Assembly: GCA_034006765.1 (NCBI GenBank)
Contig: JAVESF010000003.1
Location: 34,218-98,217 of the forward strand
Direction: 5' to 3'
Length of the DNA: 64,000 bases
Origin: Acholeplasma sp.
GTDB taxonomy: Bacteria; Bacillota_I; Bacilli_A; Acholeplasmatales; UBA5453
The position numbers and the translations under genes are program-made. The notes under the pieces were generated by a model. It had not been told where the DNA came from. It did no database searches and saw nothing but the letters and a program-made list of their open reading frames with translations. Positions 57,998 through 64,000 of the stretch are shown piece after piece (the first letter of the stretch is position 1; each line of letters begins with the position of its first letter).

Positions 57998-60820
57998 TTA
58001 TACGTTTTTCTTTTTCATATTTATAAATACAAAAGCACCTATAGCACCTATCACTACAACTGTAGATAAAGAAGCAATTAATACAATTTGACTTGTGCTA
58101 AGCCCATTTGTATCTGGATTTGGAATGGTAATGGTGTTGTCTGTATTCATTCCATAATACAATACAATTGACTCATTTGCACTAACGTTGACATTTTCCC
58201 CAACATTAATCTTGTCTTTGTTAAAAGTCTTTTCGCCATAGTTTGAATAAGCAATTTGCCATACTAATTCACCATCGTTATTTAGTTCATTGTTACCCTG
58301 AGGTAATGGTAATGAAAACATCGAAGTGGATACGTTAGAGTGGATTACAATCATGTCTGGGTATAAATCTTTTTCGTTAACTAAACGATAAGCAATAACG
58401 CCATCTTTATTGGTCTCAATTATTGATACAACTGCATCGACTTCATCATATGTATTTAATTTAAATGATGCATGTTCTGATCTTAGTTTAATCAGTTGTT
58501 TATAACTTTCAAAGACGTCATGATATTTTACTTTATAAGTGTAATTGATTTGGTTGACTAAATCAGAAGCGTTATAGCTGTTGTGATTGTACCCATTGTC
58601 CATGGATTCATCGGGTTTACTTCTCATGAATTCTGCGCCTGCATGAATAAATGGAATGCCTTGACTGGTAAACACAATGGCATTAGATTGAGTTTGCATG
58701 TATTTTCTTACGGCTTCTGGTTTGTTAGCTGTCAGAGCAATTTGGTCAGCGAGTGTTGAATTATCATGTGCACTGACGTAGTTCACAGTTTGGTTAGGGG
58801 AAACATTTGTATAACCGAATCCATTGGTGCCTTGAATACCGCCCAAAACATCAGTTTTGCTTGCGTTGTTTCCTTGAACCCAACCCTTACCTTCCCCGTT
58901 GTTGTTTCCACGAATTGCGTTTCTAATAACGTCGTTGAAAGCCGCTACATTAGGCATATCATCCATGTTTTGTTTGGTTGCTTGTTGTTCCAAAGATAAT
59001 GGTGTTGTACCGCCTGTCCAAGGTTCACCATACACGATGATTGTTGGATCGTATTCGTGTAAAGCATCTGTTAAGGCTTTCATAGTGACGCTATCATGTA
59101 GGGCCATTAAATCAAATCTAAAGCCCTTTACATTATATTCTTTCGCCCAGTATAACACAGAGTCGATCATGAACTTTCTCATCATAAAATGTTCGCTTGC
59201 AGTTTCATTACCGGTTCCGCTTCCATTTGATAGTGAACCCCCATCGTTAAGACGGAAGTAGTAATTAGGCACAATCTTATTAAAATTGTAATTGGCATCA
59301 CCTGTATGATTGTATACAACATCCATGACAGTTCTGATATTATTATTTGCTAAAGAGGATACCATTTGCTTGAATTCATTTACTCTTACAGACGCATCAT
59401 ACGGGTTGGTTGAGTAAGAACCTTCAGGCACATTAAATAGTGTAGGCATATACCCCCAATTAAATCCGCCATCATTGATGTTGAAATAGTCTGAGTCATC
59501 TAATTTGGTTTCATCTATGTAACCAAATTCAAAAGCTGGTAGCAAATGTAAATGCGTGATGCCTAGTTCTTTCATGTGATCAAGCCCTGTTGACACTGTT
59601 ATATCACCATCAGTGTATGAAGTGCCTGATTGGCCGATGCCCATAAACTTACCTACGAAATCTGGGTTACCATTCCACGATGAGTGACTGGTTAAGTCGC
59701 GCACGTGAAGCTCATATAAGATGGCATCTACATAGTTTCCAGAAAAATAAGGCAATGTTAGTTTGTTCCAGTTATCAGGATCCGTTTCGTTTAGGTCTAA
59801 AATGGCGCCTCTTAGAGCGTTAACACCAGAACTGACTGCATAAGGATCTACAACCTCAAATTCAGTTGTTCCATTTTTTACAGTATACGTGTAGTACTTC
59901 CCATGTAAATTGCCGTCTACTTTTACTGACCAAACACCTTTTTCGCCTGAAACTAAAGGATAAGTCATAGCCGTGTCATCGCCATCAGCTTTTACTGAAG
60001 TTGGATGTCCGGCGTCATAAATATTCAAAGTGATTTCATCACTAACCGGAGCCCATAATTTAAAGGTAGATGATTTTGTTGTGTATGTAACACCTAAGTC
60101 GTTACCTTCATAACCGTAGGCTTCATTGAAGTAGTCTGAACCATATATGCCGTCAAAGCCAACCGATTTAGTAGCCGGTGATGCGCCATTATCTCCAAAA
60201 ACAATGCTCACAGTATATTGAAAGGTTAAATCTGCATTTTCAGTATTAATCGTATATAAGGATTTAGATCCTGTTACGCTAGTGATGCTAGCTTCAACAT
60301 CACCTTTAAACACTTTGATGTTATCTGTTGAAACATCAACCGTTGTGGAAATTGCGATTGTGTTTTCATTCTTAAATGAGGCTGTAAGAATCTTGTGATA
60401 GGTTTCTGGTTTTACAGTGTATACAGTAGTGTCTGATTGTAACACATAGAAGTGGTAATCGTTTCCGATTAGTTCACCTTCACCAGTTGTGATGAATCTG
60501 TCTCCACCAGGTTCTCTTTGAGCGTCCCAACTACCTCTTGTCCGAATGATAAATCCAAAACGAGTAGATTCAGTCGTTTCGAATGTTTCGAAAGGAAGTT
60601 TAAAAGTACCCCAGTTTTTTCCCTCAATTTCTTCAGTTTCCGGAATGTATGCCACACCAGTCCCGTTTTCTTTCCAAATCCAGGCATCCCAATCATCATA
60701 GGCCCCGTCGTATCTAAAATAATGTATGTAAACATCTGATTCGGTTGCTGCTTTTAATTGATTGATTGTGGTGAATGAAACAACAAATAGTAGCACTATA
60801 GTTATTATTTTTCTAAACAT
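57998..60820 (-). CDS. pulA: type I pullulanase (CBM41-like N-terminus, CBM48/GH13 core) with a C-terminal TM anchor
   Basis: Signal peptide. YIHYFRYDG..WDAWIW (CBM41-like), FNWGYMP, DVVYNHT, GFRFDLMALH, GEPW, YVSAHDN. C-terminal IVLIASLSTVVVIGAIGAFVFINMKKK. Confidence 0.9.
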   Translation of the reverse strand: MFRKIITIVLLFVVSFTTINQLKAATESDVYIHYFRYDGAYDDWDAWIWKENGTGVAYIPETEEIEGKNWGTFKLPFETFETTESTRFGFIIRTRGSWDAQREPGGDRFITTGEGELIGNDYHFYVLQSDTTVYTVKPETYHKILTASFKNENTIAISTTVDVSTDNIKVFKGDVEASITSVTGSKSLYTINTENADLTFQYTVSIVFGDNGASPATKSVGFDGIYGSDYFNEAYGYEGNDLGVTYTTKSSTFKLWAPVSDEITLNIYDAGHPTSVKADGDDTAMTYPLVSGEKGVWSVKVDGNLHGKYYTYTVKNGTTEFEVVDPYAVSSGVNALRGAILDLNETDPDNWNKLTLPYFSGNYVDAILYELHVRDLTSHSSWNGNPDFVGKFMGIGQSGTSYTDGDITVSTGLDHMKELGITHLHLLPAFEFGYIDETKLDDSDYFNINDGGFNWGYMPTLFNVPEGSYSTNPYDASVRVNEFKQMVSSLANNNIRTVMDVVYNHTGDANYNFNKIVPNYYFRLNDGGSLSNGSGTGNETASEHFMMRKFMIDSVLYWAKEYNVKGFRFDLMALHDSVTMKALTDALHEYDPTIIVYGEPWTGGTTPLSLEQQATKQNMDDMPNVAAFNDVIRNAIRGNNNGEGKGWVQGNNASKTDVLGGIQGTNGFGYTNVSPNQTVNYVSAHDNSTLADQIALTANKPEAVRKYMQTQSNAIVFTSQGIPFIHAGAEFMRSKPDESMDNGYNHNSYNASDLVNQINYTYKVKYHDVFESYKQLIKLRSEHASFKLNTYDEVDAVVSIIETNKDGVIAYRLVNEKDLYPDMIVIHSNVSTSMFSLPLPQGNNELNNDGELVWQIAYSNYGEKTFNKDKINVGENVNVSANESIVLYYGMNTDNTITIPNPDTNGLSTSQIVLIASLSTVVVIGAIGAFVFINMKKKNV

Positions 60821-60857
60821 GTATTATGTCCTCCTGTGCATTAATACTATCATAGGA

Positions 60858-60937
60858 ATGAAAACGTGTAAACGCTATCAATTATGAAAGGCGTTACACA
60901 AAGAATTAAGTGACAAAAGCGTTTACATGATGTAAAA
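60858..60937. promoter_or_regulatory. divergent control region with four TGWAAACG/CGTTTACA-type half-sites and a candidate promoter for the + strand operon
   Basis: TGAAAACG (60858-60865), TGTAAACGCTATCA (60866-60879, cre-like), CGTTACA (60891-60897), AGCGTTTACA (60917-60926). Also GTGACA-17 nt-TAAAAT at 60909-60937. Confidence 0.5.
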
Positions 60938-60976
60938 TTAGGGTGAAACAAAGAAAACTTTTTATAGGAGGAATTT

Positions 60977-62536
60977 ATGAAAAAAGTATTAATTACTTTA
61001 ATGCTTGCCTTTACTGGGCTATTCGTCATCAGCAATGCTGTTGAAGTTAGTGCTGCTGAAGGGGAAAAAGTAGTTATCCATTACTACAAACTTGCCGGCG
61101 ACATTGACGGCGTGGGTGTATGGACTTGGGGTAACGGAACAGGCGGAAGTGAAAATGGTATTCCAGCTACTGGCGTTGATGCTGAAGGTTGGGCGACTGT
61201 TGAACTAAACGTTGATAAAGCTACTATGGGCGACACTGGATGGTTCATTCCATTTGGACACGGCTTTACAGGTGAACCAATCGGTGCATGGCCATCATTT
61301 GGTGATTCCGCTAAAGACAGTGCATCCGACGAATTCGATGGACAAAATGTCTTTTATGATCGTATAGCTTTTAAGGCTAGTGAAGATAAAGTCCTAGATG
61401 TATATTTTGTTCAAGGACAAGCGTTATCTTATCTTAGCAGAGACGAAGCTTTAATCGCAGCTGGTTTAGCAGTTGAAGATGCAGCTAATCCGGGTCAAAT
61501 CGACGAAAACTTCTTAGTTGTTACATACGTTTACTATGATCCAACTGGTGAATACGAAGACTGGAACATTTGGGCATGGGCTACAGATGGTGCTACACCT
61601 GCAGACGGGTCAGGATATGATTTCAGTCGTTCAGTGGATATCGTTTTTAATGGTATCACAGGCGAACATAAAGTTGCTTATTTCATAACAGATATTAGCA
61701 AAGCAACCGAATCAACTAAATTAGGTTTTATTCTTAGAACTGATGCTTGGGCTAAAAAATATCCAGATGATATTTTCTATGCTATGGATGCAGATTTCTT
61801 AGCAAGCGGATATGCTACTTTATACTATCTAGCTGGTGAAGGTGAATTAAGAAATAACCTAGAAGAATTTTTAACAGAAGCGTATGCGTTTAAATTAAGC
61901 ACAGCTATTGCTTCATCACAAACACAAATTCAAATTACTGCAAATAAAGACATCAAGACTGTTTCAGTAGATGAAGAAGGCGCTTCTAACGTGGTATTCG
62001 ACAAATCATGGATTGTTTTAAAAGACAAGGATGGCGTTGTTGTACCTGTTCAAGATGTACTATATGACTCTACTGTATCAGCAACTAAGAACTTCAGTTT
62101 AGTATTAGCAGAAGCAAATAAATTAGATCCTGCTAAAGCACCATATGAAGTATCATTTGCATATGAAGGTCAATCTGCTGTATCAGCAATTTCTTATGAC
62201 ATAGTTGCACCAACATTTACATTAATCGATAGTGCTAACCAACGTGTTGAAGTTGGATCAACTTGGGCATTAGGAATATACAGTGCTAATGATGATGTCG
62301 ATGGTGTATTAACTCCATTCGTTACAGCATCTGGTGTAGTTGATACCAGCAAACTAGGAACTTATACAGTCACTTTATCTGTACAAGATTCATTAGGAAA
62401 CGTTGGGACTCAAACAATCACTGTTACAGTTTATGATCCATGTGATGACGAAGCAGCTACTGCTTACGCATGGGTATTTATGATCTTAGCACCTCTAGTA
62501 ATCGCTGGATTTGCTATCAAGAAGTTCGCATTATAA
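60977..62536 (+). CDS. non-catalytic surface protein: two CBM41-like starch-binding modules, an Ig-like (DUF5011-like) domain and a C-terminal TM anchor
   Basis: Signal peptide. VVIHYYKLAGDIDGVGVWTWGNG and VVTYVYYDPTGEYEDWNIWAW resemble the pullulanase N-terminal module. LGTYTVTLSVQDSLGNVGTQTITVTV (Ig-like). C-terminal WVFMILAPLVIAGFAIKK. Confidence 0.65.
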   Translation: MKKVLITLMLAFTGLFVISNAVEVSAAEGEKVVIHYYKLAGDIDGVGVWTWGNGTGGSENGIPATGVDAEGWATVELNVDKATMGDTGWFIPFGHGFTGEPIGAWPSFGDSAKDSASDEFDGQNVFYDRIAFKASEDKVLDVYFVQGQALSYLSRDEALIAAGLAVEDAANPGQIDENFLVVTYVYYDPTGEYEDWNIWAWATDGATPADGSGYDFSRSVDIVFNGITGEHKVAYFITDISKATESTKLGFILRTDAWAKKYPDDIFYAMDADFLASGYATLYYLAGEGELRNNLEEFLTEAYAFKLSTAIASSQTQIQITANKDIKTVSVDEEGASNVVFDKSWIVLKDKDGVVVPVQDVLYDSTVSATKNFSLVLAEANKLDPAKAPYEVSFAYEGQSAVSAISYDIVAPTFTLIDSANQRVEVGSTWALGIYSANDDVDGVLTPFVTASGVVDTSKLGTYTVTLSVQDSLGNVGTQTITVTVYDPCDDEAATAYAWVFMILAPLVIAGFAIKKFAL

Positions 62537-62549
62537 GGAGGCTAAATAG

Positions 62550-63914
62550 ATGAAAAAAATATTATCAGTATCGCTTTCGGTTATGCTAACTGTTGTCATT
62601 GTGTCTTTCACAGCATTTGTTTTATCAGGTTGTGGCGATAAAGGCCCAGCTTGTATTACACCTACTGGTGGACAATCTGTTGACGTTGGACAAGTCGTAG
62701 TTGCCAAAGAAAAAGTAACACTTTGGATTGATGGCGAAGGCTATGGTTCAGCTTTAAAAGAAGCATTCGAAGCTAAATTTCCTAATTACATTCTTGAGGT
62801 TGAATCTGTTGGTTCAGTTGATACAAGAGCTAAATTAGAACTACAAGGTAAAGACGGGGCTGACGTTATCGTTTTCCCACATGACCATATTGGATTGGCA
62901 CTTCAAAGTGAAGTTATTCAATCTGTTCCTACACAACTAGCAACTAAATTCAGAGATGATATGTTAGATGCTACAATTACTACAGTTGAAAATGATGGAA
63001 AACTTTATGGTGTACCTCTACAAGCTGAATCAATCGCATTATATGCAAATATGAAATTAGTACAACCACTTATTGACAATGGTGATTTACCAGCTGATTT
63101 CACATTTGACGATATCGTTGAACTAGCTAAGACTTATAACAATCCACAACAAAGCAAATACCTTTTAGGGATTGACATTGATGACTACTATGTTGCGCAT
63201 ATGTTCTTCACAGCATTCGGTGTAGATTTATTCGGACCAAACCATAATGACCCAACACAACTTGGTGTTGAAGATCCAGGTATGGTTCAAGCATTAACTT
63301 ACATCTATGAACAATATGCAACAATCGTAGATCCAGCCGACTCTTCAAAGAGAGTTAGAATTCTACCAGATACAGCTACAATGACCGGCGATTACTTGAA
63401 AAAAGCATTTGATGAAGGAAAACTTCCTTTCATGTTCTCTGGTCCTTGGGGCATTGAAGCATCGGCTGAAGCTGATGAATTAGGCACCATAGATCTTAAG
63501 ATTTCTAAGATTCCTACACTTACAGTTAATGGTGTAGAAGTTGATCCATTAACATTCTCTGGTGTTCAAGTTGCGGCAGTAAGTGCTTATACAAGTGTAC
63601 CTACAGCAGCATTTGCATTATTAGAATTCTTAGCTTCTGAAGAAGGCTTAACAATCATGTACGAAGAAACTGGTAAGTTACCAGCTCTTAAAGACATTTC
63701 AAACATCCCAGGTCTTGCTGATGATGAATATCTAGCAGGTATCAGTGCACAATTGGCTTATTCACAACCAATGCCAAGTATTCCACAAATGGGATTCGTA
63801 TGGAACACATATGCTACAATGCTAGCTGACGTATTCAATGGAACTAAAACACCACAAGCAGCAGCAGATGCAGCTAAGACTAACTATGAAGGTTTAGCTG
63901 GCTTAGCAGGATAA
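62550..63914 (+). CDS. maltodextrin/oligosaccharide ABC transporter substrate-binding lipoprotein (MalE/MdxE-like)
   Basis: Lipobox LSGC. SBP family 1 pattern (VTLWIDGEGYG..., FPHDHIG, GPWG). AAGGAGG RBS. Confidence 0.8.
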   Translation: MKKILSVSLSVMLTVVIVSFTAFVLSGCGDKGPACITPTGGQSVDVGQVVVAKEKVTLWIDGEGYGSALKEAFEAKFPNYILEVESVGSVDTRAKLELQGKDGADVIVFPHDHIGLALQSEVIQSVPTQLATKFRDDMLDATITTVENDGKLYGVPLQAESIALYANMKLVQPLIDNGDLPADFTFDDIVELAKTYNNPQQSKYLLGIDIDDYYVAHMFFTAFGVDLFGPNHNDPTQLGVEDPGMVQALTYIYEQYATIVDPADSSKRVRILPDTATMTGDYLKKAFDEGKLPFMFSGPWGIEASAEADELGTIDLKISKIPTLTVNGVEVDPLTFSGVQVAAVSAYTSVPTAAFALLEFLASEEGLTIMYEETGKLPALKDISNIPGLADDEYLAGISAQLAYSQPMPSIPQMGFVWNTYATMLADVFNGTKTPQAAADAAKTNYEGLAGLAG

Positions 63915-63934
63915 TTTATTTACAACGAACTTTG

Positions 63935-63964
63935 GAAAAGCCATAGGATTCTATGGCTTTTCTT
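63935..63964 (+). terminator. stable intercistronic hairpin after the binding-protein gene (partial terminator or mRNA stabiliser)
   Basis: Perfect 12-bp stem, 63935-63946 with 63951-63962, loop GATT. The T-run is weak and the next gene starts at 63994. Confidence 0.55.
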
Positions 63965-63993
63965 CAAGTTTTTAAAAAGGAGCAGTTTAACTT

Positions 63994-64000
63994 ATGAAAA
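63994..64000 (+). CDS. start of a truncated downstream CDS, presumably an ABC permease by context
   Basis: The ATG is preceded by AAAGGAG at appropriate spacing. Only 7 nt lie inside the window. Confidence 0.3.

Noticed and set aside
57998-58130. Pullulanase C-terminal tail (PNPDTNG ... TM helix ... KKKNV) as a cryptic sortase or exosortase sorting signal.
   Set aside because: There is no LPXTG, PEP-CTERM or similar motif, and no sortase gene in the window. It is treated as a plain TM anchor and the evolutionary idea is kept only as a note.

Overview
AT-rich 64-kb chromosomal window, tightly packed with about 57 CDS. I saw no rRNA, tRNA, CRISPR array, IS element or prophage. TGA is read as stop: CDS 30174..30725 ends in TGA directly in front of a strong terminator, and Trp is encoded by TGG. 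Every predicted surface protein is anchored by a lipobox Cys or a C-terminal TM helix, and none has an LPXTG signal. The content includes pyruvate phosphate dikinase, a class II photolyase and Bacillus-like core synteny (dnaX-ybaB-recR, rpoE-pyrG-fba, tilS-hpt-ftsH, tsaE-tsaB-rimI-tsaD, yutD-nfu-yuiD). This best fits an Acholeplasma-like, standard-code mollicute or a close Firmicute relative; that placement is an unverified inference. A housekeeping core is flanked by two accessory surface loci. (i) 89..11878 holds a CUT1-type ABC importer (ATPase, two permeases with long N-terminal extensions, Ig-fused binding lipoprotein). It is followed by a 1103-aa non-catalytic lipoprotein built from Ig-like repeats, YhcR-like OB folds and a lamin-tail domain (LTD). 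Next come a lipoprotein combining three PASTA-like repeats, a second LTD and an intact staphylococcal-type nuclease, and a translationally coupled membrane protein. I consider this the best candidate for an undescribed system: capture, digestion and import of extracellular nucleic acid. (ii) 55219..64000 is a starch/maltodextrin locus with a GH13 amylase lipoprotein, a pullulanase, a CBM41-only surface protein and a MalE-like lipoprotein. It carries a recurring cre/LacI-like operator 10-mer, TGTAAACGCT, that also sits upstream of fba. Other points of interest are listed here. cdaA is followed by a micro-membrane protein and a PAS-PAS-degenerate-GGDEF membrane protein instead of cdaR-glmM. A Dak2(FakA-N/central)-DegV fusion may be a single-chain fatty-acid kinase. 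There are tandem DHH/DHHA1 paralogs. The pyrG leader has the GGGC start plus terminator expected for CTP-sensitive reiterative-transcription attenuation. There is also an IspDF fusion and a class II (B12) RNR with a zinc-finger tail. Several long ORF-track entries were trimmed to internal ATG starts that have good RBSs. All domain calls come from motif reading by eye and need HMM or structure confirmation.
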